A stretch of DNA of 61,976 nucleotides, filler included. It is 5 parts of 5 records of this genome, joined end to end, with 100 filler letters (N's around TTAATTAATTAA, not from the genome) between each part and the next. Parts side by side here need not be neighbours in the genome. Positions count along the whole stretch, not along the records: positions 26,153 to 43,697 come from SRR20825010_71; positions 43,798 to 52,749 come from SRR20825010_73; 3 more parts are not named here. One strand, given 5' to 3'. The notes under the pieces are model-generated. The model saw only the letters and a list, made by a program, of their open reading frames with translations, was not told the DNA's origin and ran no database searches. Shown here piece after piece: positions 39,290 through 49,042 of this stretch. The position numbers and the translations under genes are program-made. Position 1 is the first letter of the stretch. The number at the start of each line of letters is the position of its first letter.

Positions 39290-40204
39290 ATGCAGTTTAT
39301 GAGCCCCGAATTTATTCAGGATTTTAAAGCGCCGTACGGCAAAGCTGAAAGCTTAAGCCCGCTAATCACCCGCGTGCTGTGCGAAAACCCAAGCCCGTAC
39401 ACTTACACTGGCACCGGGACATATCTTGTAGGCAACAACTCCAGCCTCGCCGTGATTGACCCAGGCCCGATGATGCCTGAACACGGCGAAGCAATATTGC
39501 GGGCGGTGGGCGACCGATCCATCAGCCATATTCTTGTAACTCATACCCACATTGACCACTCGCCCCTGTCAGCCTGGCTAAGTGAGCGCACTGGTGCACC
39601 AATATATGCGTTCAGCACACACGGCGCAGGCCGTAAGGGCGGGCTGGATGGTGAAGATGTTGAAGCCGGTGCAGATACCCACTTCAAACCAGACTATCTG
39701 ATCGCGGACGGCCATGTTTTCACCGGGAACGGATGGACACTGCGCGCAATTCACACGCCGGGCCATACCGCAAACCATCTTTGTTTCATGCTTGAAGAGG
39801 AAAAAGCGCTGTTTGTGGGTGACCACATCATGGGGTGGGCCACGACGGTTATCGCACCACCTGACGGAGACATGCGCGCCTATTTCGCCAGTCTGAAACG
39901 GGTGACAAAGGAGGCTCCGTCAGTTTTATACCCTACCCATGGCCCAAAAATTGAAAACGCAGCCCCTTTTGTGCGCGGTATAATAACGCACCGACGCATG
40001 CGTGAAGGGCAAATCCTCAAACATCTTGAAGATGGCCCCATGGATATCAATATGATGGTCAGCCGCATGTATAAGGATGTGGATGTAAGGCTTCATCCGG
40101 CCGCCGCGCGGTCCGTACTTGCCCATCTTATTGCGCTCGTGGACGAAGGCCGGGTCAAGGCGTCAAAGCCGCCATCGTTGTCAGCATTGTTTGAACTTGG
40201 CTGA
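39290..40204 (+). CDS. MBL-fold hydrolase (LACTB2-like) with C-terminal winged helix
   Basis: NPSPYTYTGT, THTHIDH, HTPGHTANH, GDHIMGW, PTHG. Confidence 0.88.
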   Translation: MQFMSPEFIQDFKAPYGKAESLSPLITRVLCENPSPYTYTGTGTYLVGNNSSLAVIDPGPMMPEHGEAILRAVGDRSISHILVTHTHIDHSPLSAWLSERTGAPIYAFSTHGAGRKGGLDGEDVEAGADTHFKPDYLIADGHVFTGNGWTLRAIHTPGHTANHLCFMLEEEKALFVGDHIMGWATTVIAPPDGDMRAYFASLKRVTKEAPSVLYPTHGPKIENAAPFVRGIITHRRMREGQILKHLEDGPMDINMMVSRMYKDVDVRLHPAAARSVLAHLIALVDEGRVKASKPPSLSALFELG

Positions 40205-40296
40205 ACGCGCAAAAATCCTTAATTGCCTTTGTGGCTTTAGGTCGGTATTTATGCCGCTGCACGAAGTTATTAGTCATGTCCGCGCAGGAGAAACAG

Positions 40297-41295
40297 ATGA
40301 ATATGGTATCGCATCCGGCAGTCGATCCCACCCTTGATTTGGTGGCAGAAATCAAACGCCTGCGCGAAGAGAAGAATGCTGTCATTCTTGCGCACTATTA
40401 CCAGGCGGGCGAAATTCAGGATATCGCAGACTTTGTTGGCGATAGCCTTGATCTCTCCCGCAAGGCTGCTGAAACTGACGCAGACATGATCGTTTTTTGT
40501 GGCGTGCGCTTCATGGCTGAAGTTGCCAAGGTCCTGAGCCCACAGAAAAAGGTTGTTCTGCCCGACATGGCCGCTGGCTGCAGCCTGGAGGACAGCTGCC
40601 CGCCTGACGAGTTTGAGAAATTCGTCAAGGCGCACCCTGACCATATGGTATTGAGCTACATCAATTGCTCCGCTGCGGTGAAGGCACACACAGATATTAT
40701 TGTGACAAGCTCAAACGCAGAGCATATCGTGAAGCAGATCCCCGAAGACCAGAAAATCATTTTCGCACCAGACCGTCATTTGGGCGGCTTCCTTTCACGC
40801 AAGTTAGGCCGTGACATGCTGCTATGGCAGGGCACCTGTATCGTGCATGAGATGTTCAGCGAAAAAGAACTGATCAAGCTGAAAGCCAAGCACCCGGACG
40901 CGCCGGTCGCTGCGCATCCTGAATGCCCGGACAATATTGTCCAGCATGCAGACCATGTGGGCTCCACCAGTTCGATCCTCAAATTCTGCACCGAGCATGA
41001 GGCCGATACCATCATCGTTGCAACAGAGCCCGGCATCATTCACCAGATGGAAAAGGCGGCACCAGGGAAAACCTTCATCGGTGCGCCTGGCGCGGACGGC
41101 AATTGCAGCTGTAACACCTGCCCGTTTATGGCCTTGAACACGATGGAAAAGCTGTATCTCTGCCTGCGTGACGAAGGCCCGGTTATTGAACTGGATGAAG
41201 AAACACGCATTGCGGCTGAAAAACCACTCCGTAAAATGTTGGAAATGAGCCCGACTACTGGCCCATCAAAAGACGTTTCAGCCATCAGCGCATAA
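40297..41295 (+). CDS. nadA: Quinolinate synthase
   Basis: ILAHYYQ, CGVRFMAE, AGCSL, HPEC, CPFM; AGGAG RBS before ATG at 40297. Confidence 0.96.
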   Translation: MNMVSHPAVDPTLDLVAEIKRLREEKNAVILAHYYQAGEIQDIADFVGDSLDLSRKAAETDADMIVFCGVRFMAEVAKVLSPQKKVVLPDMAAGCSLEDSCPPDEFEKFVKAHPDHMVLSYINCSAAVKAHTDIIVTSSNAEHIVKQIPEDQKIIFAPDRHLGGFLSRKLGRDMLLWQGTCIVHEMFSEKELIKLKAKHPDAPVAAHPECPDNIVQHADHVGSTSSILKFCTEHEADTIIVATEPGIIHQMEKAAPGKTFIGAPGADGNCSCNTCPFMALNTMEKLYLCLRDEGPVIELDEETRIAAEKPLRKMLEMSPTTGPSKDVSAISA

Positions 41296-41314
41296 GCCCA
41301 GTACGGAGAGCCTC

Positions 41315-42154
41315 ATGGTCGCATTTCCCTTAACAGATGCGGAAGTCCAAGCGTTTATAGACACTGCGTTTGCGGAAGATATTGGTGAGGGCGATGTGAC
41401 CTGCGCCACCGTCATCCCGGAAAAGGCCACGCTATCTGCGACAATGAACGCACGTGAGACAATGGTTCTCGCGGGCCTTCCACTTGTTGAGCCTATTTTC
41501 AAACGTCTGGACCCTGCCTGCCTAATCACCTTTTATGTTTCTGATGGTGACCGAGTAGGCCCCGGCACCCGTATCATGAAGGTTGACGGCAAAGCCCGCG
41601 CACTGCTTTCTGCCGAACGTACAGCGCTCAATATCGTGCAACACATGTCTGGCATTGCCACATTAACACGCAGATATGTTGACCTCATTCGTGATACCGG
41701 CACGGTGCTTCTTGATACCCGCAAAACCATTCCTGGCCTCAGGAGCCTTGGTAAATACGCCACGGCCATGGGCGGTGCTAAAAACCACCGTATGGGGCTT
41801 TACGATGCCATCATGATTAAAGACAATCATATCGCTGTAGCAGGCTCGGTTGAGAAGGCCGTTGCCGGCGCGAAGGCCGCAGGACGAAATGATATACAGG
41901 TTGAGTGCGATACTCTTGAGCAGTTGCGCCAAGCGTTAGCAGCCGGCGCCAATAGCCTGCTCCTTGACAACATGCCGCCTGCAATGCTGCGGGACGCCCG
42001 CGCCATCGTTAACGGAAAGATCCCCTGTGAGGCTTCCGGCGGCGTAAACCTCGACACCATCAGAGCCATCGCCGAAACCGGCGTCGAGTATATTTCAGTT
42101 GGGCGCCTGACACAGTCTGCCCCGGCCGTCGATATCGGGCTGGATTACGCTTAA
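41315..42154 (+). CDS. nadC: Quinolinate phosphoribosyltransferase
   Basis: ERTALN, DTRKT, HRMGL, KDNH, LLDN, EASGG. Confidence 0.96.
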   Translation: MVAFPLTDAEVQAFIDTAFAEDIGEGDVTCATVIPEKATLSATMNARETMVLAGLPLVEPIFKRLDPACLITFYVSDGDRVGPGTRIMKVDGKARALLSAERTALNIVQHMSGIATLTRRYVDLIRDTGTVLLDTRKTIPGLRSLGKYATAMGGAKNHRMGLYDAIMIKDNHIAVAGSVEKAVAGAKAAGRNDIQVECDTLEQLRQALAAGANSLLLDNMPPAMLRDARAIVNGKIPCEASGGVNLDTIRAIAETGVEYISVGRLTQSAPAVDIGLDYA

Positions 42155-42169
42155 ACGGGCGAGCTACCG

Positions 42170-42592
42170 TCAGGACAATGACGCCCTGCCATCTTTGAGG
42201 TGTTTGCCGTGGAATGCCCGTATGCCCGGCAGTTCTTCGGCAAGCCTGTTCCAGGCATAGTCGTCCAGGGCATTTTTCCACACACACGACAGTGCGATGC
42301 AGAAGTTTACATTCTCTCGCGCAGCCTCAATAAGAAGGCCAACCACATCACCGCCATGAAAATTGATCAGGTCCTCAAGCGGGCCGGTACCAAGAAACGA
42401 CAAGGCCCGACTGTTTTCAGCCTCGATCATGTTCACGGCAACCCATATGGCCCGGAATCCTGTTTTGGGTTCGTCCCGGCATAGGCGCCACATGGTTTCA
42501 ACTGCTTTAAACTCATGCGCTTCAATTGCGCCATCATGAAGAAAGTAGCCAAGATAGTCCTTGGCCAACTCCTGTATTTCGGCTTCAGTCAT
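42170..42592 (-). CDS. Hypothetical helical protein (DUF6869-like)
   Basis: 140-aa ORF with LGTGPLEDLI motif. Confidence 0.6.
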   Translation of the reverse strand: MTEAEIQELAKDYLGYFLHDGAIEAHEFKAVETMWRLCRDEPKTGFRAIWVAVNMIEAENSRALSFLGTGPLEDLINFHGGDVVGLLIEAARENVNFCIALSCVWKNALDDYAWNRLAEELPGIRAFHGKHLKDGRASLS

Positions 42593-42699
42593 TCGTGCAC
42601 CCCTGTTGCCCCAACCAGCAACATTAAGTTCCCCTTATAGTTGAAAGGTGCACCGAATCGGGACAACTCGCAAATCACTAAACCGTTTTTATTAAAGGT

Positions 42700-43476
42700 T
42701 TAATTATTTTTATATTCAGCCATATAGGTAGACATCTTCGCGTTGATACGCGCAATGCGTTTATCGTCAGATGGGTGCGTCGACAGAAACGCCGGTTGGG
42801 AAGCACCATCTTTCATCGATTTCATCTTTTGCCATAACCGCACGGCGGCCCGAGGGTCATACCCTGCTCGGGCCATATAGAGGGTACCGATATCGTCCGC
42901 CTCGAGCTCCATGGCCCTGCTGTGTGGTAGCTGGACAAACCCTTGCGCCGCCAAAGCACCCAATGTCACCGCCATTTGTGCCATTTCACCATCCTGCGTG
43001 GTTGCACCGACAGCAGCACCTACTCCCACAATTGCAAGATTTTGAGCTTGTGCACGGCTCATTTGCTCAGCACCGTGGCGAAGAATAGCGTGCGCAATCT
43101 CATGCCCCATCACAGCAGCAAGTTCATCGTCATCCGGGAAGCTATCAACCATTTTCTGGTACATGGCTATTTTACCCCCAGGCAGCGCCCAGGCATTGAG
43201 CACGTCCTCATCAATAACCACAAACTCCCACGGCATGTCTGGCTTGTCCGAGATTGCTGCGATGCGAGCCCCAATCCTTTGCACGCGCTGAGCCGCCGGA
43301 CCGCTGGTTTTCACGTCCGCAGTTTTTTTCACTTCCTTCATAGCCTCAAGCCCAAGAGCTGCGTCCTGGCTTGGCGGAATGGTAATAAACTGTGACCGGC
43401 CCGTTACGGTATTCGTGGTCACACAGGCAGCCAGGAACAGTCCGGCAGAAAGGGCGAGGATATTTCTAGTACGCAT
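42700..43476 (-). CDS. M48-family metalloprotease lipoprotein
   Basis: Lipobox LAAC; NAWALPGG, HEIAH, ELEAD, FLSTHP. Confidence 0.92.
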   Translation of the reverse strand: MRTRNILALSAGLFLAACVTTNTVTGRSQFITIPPSQDAALGLEAMKEVKKTADVKTSGPAAQRVQRIGARIAAISDKPDMPWEFVVIDEDVLNAWALPGGKIAMYQKMVDSFPDDDELAAVMGHEIAHAILRHGAEQMSRAQAQNLAIVGVGAAVGATTQDGEMAQMAVTLGALAAQGFVQLPHSRAMELEADDIGTLYMARAGYDPRAAVRLWQKMKSMKDGASQPAFLSTHPSDDKRIARINAKMSTYMAEYKNN

Positions 43477-43565
43477 TTCGTGTCCCCATTGAAGTGAAGT
43501 GTTGCTCCAGAATACCAAACACGATGGCAACCAAAAGGCAATTCTCTGAATAAAGAAGATTTGGC

Positions 43566-43601
43566 AAAAGAAAACCGGCGCCCCACAAGGAGACGCCGGT
43601 T
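43566..43601 (-). terminator. Intrinsic terminator downstream of rpmF
   Basis: Minus strand: AACCGGCG stem / CGCCGGTT followed by TTCTTTT. Confidence 0.8.
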
Positions 43602-43630
43602 GTCAGAATTCGCGTTGAAGCGTTAAAGGC

Positions 43631-43697
43631 TTAGTAGTCGCCTTTTGGCTCCAGAACCTGCTTGCCACGGTACATGCCTGTCTTCAGGTCGATGTGG
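43631..43697 (-). CDS. rpmF: 50S ribosomal protein L32, C-terminal fragment (not in ORF track)
   Basis: Translates as HIDLKTGMYRGKQVLEPKGDY*, the alphaproteobacterial L32 tail. Confidence 0.88.
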
Positions 43698-43797
43698 NNN
43701 NNNNNNNNNNNNNNNNNNNNNNNNNNNNNNNNNNNNNNNNNTTAATTAATTAANNNNNNNNNNNNNNNNNNNNNNNNNNNNNNNNNNNNNNNNNNNN
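43698..43797. other. Artificial contig linker
   Basis: N-TTAATTAATTAA-N; GC shift across it. Confidence 0.97.
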
Positions 43798-44098
43798 AGC
43801 TAACAGTAGTTATAACCTTTTATGAGGTTTTAAAAGCTGGACCCCTCCTTCCAAGTGTATATCAAAACACACATATTAAGATAGTCTTTATTTTAAATTC
43901 CCTTTTCCTGAAAAACTATTTTTATTCCATAATAATTTAATTCATGCCGCCATCTTGATAAAGATGATATGGAAATATCAAAGTCTTTACAGGTCTGTTT
44001 TAAACTACCTTTTACATAACTAAGTTCTACAATTTTTTACTTCTAAAAAGCTCGTTCTACACTATCAAAACCCTTGATACTGTAAATTTTAACTTATA

Positions 44099-44164
44099 TG
44101 TAACATAAGGTAAAGAATGTGTAACATAACTCCCTAAATAATTCAATGTTAAAAAATAGTTTTG
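44099..44164 (+). promoter_or_regulatory. susC promoter: TGTAACATAA direct repeats plus TAnnTTTG element
   Basis: TGTAACATAA at 44099 and 44120 (21-bp period); TAGTTTTG at 44157-44164. Confidence 0.55.
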
Positions 44165-44338
44165 TTCATAACTCACATGTAAAGGAGTAAAAACGCTCTG
44201 AATTCGAAAACGTTTGAGTTCAGACATTTCCTAACTTTTCAGTATTGACTTCCATTAGGTAAATACAATTATTGGAATAATTAATAACTGTTATTGCCAA
44301 GTGAAATACTGAGTATAAACTATCTAACATTTTAATTT

Positions 44339-47300
44339 ATGAAACATTTTAAATTTAAAAAATTACCGTTAGTAATGAGTCTGTTCATTTTTGGGCTGAT
44401 TCATGCGCAACAAGAAATCACTGTTTCTGGAACAGTGCAAGATGGGACAACTCCTATGCCAGGTGTCAATGTATTTTTACAAAATGAAAATACAGGAACT
44501 ACCACAGATTTTGATGGTAATTATACGCTTAGCGGAGTAAGTCCAGACGCTACACTGGTATTTAGTTATATCGGTTATAAAACGAAGGAAATTCCTATTA
44601 ACAATAAAACAACCATTAATGTAACAATGGAAATTGATGCACAGTCTCTGGAAGATGTAGTGGTGGTTGGTTATGGTACTCAAAACAGAGATGATGTTAC
44701 TGGAGCTATTTCTTCAATTGACTCAGAAGCTATTGAAAGTGTCCCAGTGGCAACAGCAGATCAAGCTTTACAAGGGAGAGCTCCTGGTGTAAATGTAGTT
44801 AACAGTGGTGCTCCAGGGAACGCCCCTGTAGTAAGAATTCGTGGTTTGGGAACCCCAAATAATAATACGCCACTTTATGTAATTGATGGAATTATTTCTT
44901 CTGGTATGGGAAATTTAAACCCAAACGATATAAAATCCATTCAGGTTTTAAAGGATGCTGCTACAACTGCTGTATATGGTTCTAAAGGATCCAATGGGGT
45001 TATTTTAATAACCACCAAGAGTGGTAATGCTAGTGAAAAGGCAACATTAACTTTTGATACCTATACAGGGGTAAACTTCATTGATGCTCGTTATGATATT
45101 TTAAATACAGATCAATACATTCAATACGCCAGTGAAATTGGTCCTACTCCAGAAAGAATTTCTAATCCTGAGTATGCAGACATGATTGCTAATAACACCA
45201 ATTGGCAGGATGCATTATTTAGAAATGGATTAATGCAAAACTATAACATAGGCCTTTCAGGCGGAAACAAAAACAGTAATTACAGATTTTCAGGAGGGTA
45301 TTTAGGTCAAGAAGGTGCTGTAGTAGAAACTGAATATGAGCGCTTTAATTTTAGAGCGAATAGTAATTTTACCTTTGGAAACTTTAAAATAGGTGAAACT
45401 ATGGGCTTGTCATTCGACAAACAAAACCCAGAGCGAGACAGCGGTGGACGCTCAATTTTTGAGCATGCTATTAAAATTGCTCCATATATTCCTATCTACA
45501 ACCCAAATAACCTAGGTGGATTTCAGGGACCTAGCAGTTCTATAGACGGTCAGGATGCCGAGAATCCAGTGAGAGCACAAACTATAGGGAGTGTAGATAA
45601 CAAATCTATTGATATTGTAGGAAGTATTTTTGCTGAATATGAACTTTTTAACTCGCTTACTTTTCGGACGCAAGTTGGTTTAGATTACAGCAACTATAAA
45701 AATAGCTCTTTTATTCCTTCCTATAATGATGATGAAACATCCACCAATAGCACCAACTTTGCTCAAATTATAAAAAATACTGGAATATATCAGTCGCTTA
45801 CATACACCAATAGTCTTACATATAAAAGCACTTTTGCAGAGGTTCATAACTTGGAATTACTCGTTTTATCAGAACGTCAAGAAATTAAAAACGAAAATGT
45901 AAATGCAAGGAGTACCAATGAAATCTCAGACAATGTGGATCAATTATCTACTAGTGGAGTTGATTTAAGTTCCGCTTCATCCGAGTATTTAAGAATTGGT
46001 TATTTAGGACGTATAAATTATAATTATGACCGTAAATATTTATTTGCTGCCTCCATACGTAGAGATGCATCATCTAGATTTGGAGCTAATAACCGTTGGG
46101 GATGGTTTCCTTCGTTTTCAGCAGGATGGAATATTGGTAAAGAAGCATTTATGGGAAATACTCCATTTAGCAACCTAAAGTTAAGAGGAAGTTGGGGAAA
46201 AACTGGAAATGATAATATTGGAGATTATTTATATAGCTCTACACTCCTTACTAATTTTATTTACCCTATTGGAGGAAGTGCTGTTCAAGGAACAACCGCT
46301 AGTGGTCTAGCAAATCCAGACCTTAAATGGGAAGAAACAACCATGAGAAATTTAGGGTTGGATCTAGGACTTAATAATGACCAATTTACAGTATCGTTTG
46401 AGTACTTTAATAATAAAAGTGAAGACCTCCTTATTAACAGACCTTTGCCTTTATCTCAAGGTTTTAATAATCCTGATGTTACAGAAAATGTGGGTTCTGT
46501 TAGAACAAAAGGTATCGAATTTAATGTAGGGTATAACGACTATAATGGAGATTTTACTTGGTCGGCAAACCTTAATTTTAGTTCCACTAAGAACGAAGTA
46601 ATATCCTTAGGAGAAGGTGGAGAAAATAGAGAATTAACTGGTGGAAATTTTGAAGGCGAAAACATTTCTAGAATTACAGTAGGAGAACCGTTATTCTATT
46701 TCTATGGATTACAAACCGATGGTATCTATCAAAATGATGCCGAAGTTGCTGAAGTTTTAACAGCAAATCCAGGTCAAAGTGTTGTTCAACCAGGAGATAT
46801 TCGGTTTATAGATTTAAATGGAGATGGGATGATTAATGCAGATGATAAAACTAAAATAGGAGATCCGTATCCAGATTTTATGCTCGGATTAAACCTAACC
46901 GCGGCCTACAAAAATTTTGACTTTAATTTATTCATCAACGGTTCTTATGGAAACGATGTGTACAATACCAATATTTATGACCTACAAGGAATGACACGCT
47001 TATTTAATGCCGGTACAGAAGTACTTAACAGATGGACTGGACCTGGAACTTCTAATACCATCCCACGTGCCCTTGGTGCCGATCAAAATGCGGGAGCATC
47101 AGATAGGTATGTAGAAGATGGATCTTATACCCGTTTAAGAAACTTGGTGATAGGGTACACCATTCCAACTAGTGTTTTTAATGATGCTATTTCAAAATTT
47201 AGAATTTATGTAAGCGGACAAAATTTAATCACTATTACCGACTATTCTGGATTGGATCCTGAGATTGGACAGTATTCTCTAAATAATCAAAATACGAGAA

Positions 47301-47380
47301 CACAATTTGAAATAGGAATTGATCGCGGAAATTACCCGCAACCAAAATCAGTTTTATTAGGTCTTCAACTTGAATTTTAA
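44339..47380 (+). CDS. SusC/RagA TonB-dependent transporter
   Basis: VVVVGYGTQ, PLYVIDG, VLKDAATTAVYGSKGSNGVILITTK, NPDLKWE, YVEDGSY, C-terminal Phe. Confidence 0.96.
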   Translation: MKHFKFKKLPLVMSLFIFGLIHAQQEITVSGTVQDGTTPMPGVNVFLQNENTGTTTDFDGNYTLSGVSPDATLVFSYIGYKTKEIPINNKTTINVTMEIDAQSLEDVVVVGYGTQNRDDVTGAISSIDSEAIESVPVATADQALQGRAPGVNVVNSGAPGNAPVVRIRGLGTPNNNTPLYVIDGIISSGMGNLNPNDIKSIQVLKDAATTAVYGSKGSNGVILITTKSGNASEKATLTFDTYTGVNFIDARYDILNTDQYIQYASEIGPTPERISNPEYADMIANNTNWQDALFRNGLMQNYNIGLSGGNKNSNYRFSGGYLGQEGAVVETEYERFNFRANSNFTFGNFKIGETMGLSFDKQNPERDSGGRSIFEHAIKIAPYIPIYNPNNLGGFQGPSSSIDGQDAENPVRAQTIGSVDNKSIDIVGSIFAEYELFNSLTFRTQVGLDYSNYKNSSFIPSYNDDETSTNSTNFAQIIKNTGIYQSLTYTNSLTYKSTFAEVHNLELLVLSERQEIKNENVNARSTNEISDNVDQLSTSGVDLSSASSEYLRIGYLGRINYNYDRKYLFAASIRRDASSRFGANNRWGWFPSFSAGWNIGKEAFMGNTPFSNLKLRGSWGKTGNDNIGDYLYSSTLLTNFIYPIGGSAVQGTTASGLANPDLKWEETTMRNLGLDLGLNNDQFTVSFEYFNNKSEDLLINRPLPLSQGFNNPDVTENVGSVRTKGIEFNVGYNDYNGDFTWSANLNFSSTKNEVISLGEGGENRELTGGNFEGENISRITVGEPLFYFYGLQTDGIYQNDAEVAEVLTANPGQSVVQPGDIRFIDLNGDGMINADDKTKIGDPYPDFMLGLNLTAAYKNFDFNLFINGSYGNDVYNTNIYDLQGMTRLFNAGTEVLNRWTGPGTSNTIPRALGADQNAGASDRYVEDGSYTRLRNLVIGYTIPTSVFNDAISKFRIYVSGQNLITITDYSGLDPEIGQYSLNNQNTRTQFEIGIDRGNYPQPKSVLLGLQLEF

Positions 47381-47390
47381 AAAAAATATT

Positions 47391-48857
47391 ATGAATACTA
47401 TAAAATTAATTATTGCATCATTTTCAATAGGACTGCTATTATATTCTTGTGATACGGATGGCTTAGAATTAGAAAATCCAACCGAATTATCTCCAGAAAC
47501 CTATTTTGAAAATGAAAACCAAGTAAGATCAGCAGTAAATGCTGTATATGCAAACTTACAAACTATTGGAATGTATAGTAGAAATTACTATTATATCATG
47601 GACAATATGGCGCATGATAATGAAGGAAATCCTCAATTGGAGGCTAATAAAAGACTCTTTTTAAACTTTTCTTTTGATTCAAGTTCTGAACTTGTAAATC
47701 AATTATGGGATAGTTCCTTTAGAGGAATCAATAAGGCTAACTTCGTTATTGGAAATGAAGAAAAAATAAATGCAATTCCAACGTCTTTTATGAGTCAAGC
47801 CTTAAAAGATAAATACATTGGCGAAGCTAAATTTTTAAGAGCCTTGTATTACTTTAATTTAGTGAGCAGATATGGGGGAGTTCCGTTAATTACTAATGTT
47901 CCAGAAAATGGACAAGGATTTCCTAGAAGTTCTGCAGACGAGGTATACAATCAAATTATTTCAGATTTAAAAGATGCATCGCAAACTTTATTATCTAAAG
48001 AGGCAGAAGAAAGCGGTAGAGCCACTAAAGGAGCAGCATACGCGCTACTTGGAAGAGTATATTTATACAGAAAAAATTATACTGAAGCACTTAATGCATT
48101 CAATAATATCTATGGAGTGTATGCTTTAACAGATGAATACTTTGATAATTTTAGAGAAGAAACCGAACATAATTCTGAATCTATATTTGCTGTAGAATTT
48201 GATGATGATATGGGGAACAATGCATTTTGGAACTCTACAGTCTCTGGAGAAGGACCAAATGAAGCGAGCCTAAGAGGACAATCTTATGGAATGTTTGATT
48301 GGTTCAATGCGTATCCGTCTGATGATCTTCTGGATGAATTTGAAGCTGGAGATCCTCGTTTTCAAGCTAGTTTCTATGTGGTTGGAGATGAATATGCTGG
48401 CGGAACAATTTCAGAAATTAGCTTGGGGAGAAGGGCTGGATGGAGAAAATACCAAAATTATTATAAGGAAGCCAATGAAGATTTACAATCTGGAATAAAT
48501 TTCGGTATTATTCGCTATGCCGATGTACTTTTAATGATGGCCGAAGCTGCCAATGAAGTAGTAGATCAACCAACAGCAATTGGTTATATAAACGAAGTTA
48601 GAGATCGTGTTAGTATGCCCTTATTACCAGATAATTTATCAAAAAATGAAGTTTTTGAAGCAATCATTCATGAACGAAAAGTAGAATTGGCTGGAGAGCA
48701 AGTTCGTTTTGCCGATTTGGTTCGTTGGGGGCTTGCATCACAAGAATTAAGTCAATATGGATTTCAGGAAGGAATACATGAATTATTACCAATTCCTGAA
48801 GCAGAACTTAATTCAAATGAAAATATAAATAGCGAAGACCAGAATCCTGGATACTAA
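47391..48857 (+). CDS. SusD/RagB lipoprotein
   Basis: Lipobox LYSC; GEAKFLRALYYF, IRYADVLLM, ERKVELAGE, LPIP...QNPGY. Confidence 0.95.
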   Translation: MNTIKLIIASFSIGLLLYSCDTDGLELENPTELSPETYFENENQVRSAVNAVYANLQTIGMYSRNYYYIMDNMAHDNEGNPQLEANKRLFLNFSFDSSSELVNQLWDSSFRGINKANFVIGNEEKINAIPTSFMSQALKDKYIGEAKFLRALYYFNLVSRYGGVPLITNVPENGQGFPRSSADEVYNQIISDLKDASQTLLSKEAEESGRATKGAAYALLGRVYLYRKNYTEALNAFNNIYGVYALTDEYFDNFREETEHNSESIFAVEFDDDMGNNAFWNSTVSGEGPNEASLRGQSYGMFDWFNAYPSDDLLDEFEAGDPRFQASFYVVGDEYAGGTISEISLGRRAGWRKYQNYYKEANEDLQSGINFGIIRYADVLLMMAEAANEVVDQPTAIGYINEVRDRVSMPLLPDNLSKNEVFEAIIHERKVELAGEQVRFADLVRWGLASQELSQYGFQEGIHELLPIPEAELNSNENINSEDQNPGY

Positions 48858-48962
48858 ATAGCACAAAATATAAATAATCAAAGTAATTACTTATAATAAA
48901 TTACATAAAAACAGCCTTAAAACTGGATTATATAAATTGATTAGTTTGTTTAGTTAGCTGAT

Positions 48963-49008
48963 AGAAATAGAGCTATTTTTACTTTAGTAGCTCTATTTCT
49001 TTCTATTT
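48963..49008 (+). terminator. Hairpin between susD and GH115 (terminator/attenuator)
   Basis: AGAAATAGAGCTA / TAGCTCTATTTCT 13-bp stem plus T-rich tail. Confidence 0.65.
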
Positions 49009-49042
49009 TAAATAGATCTAGAAACCAAAAGAATTTAAATTC

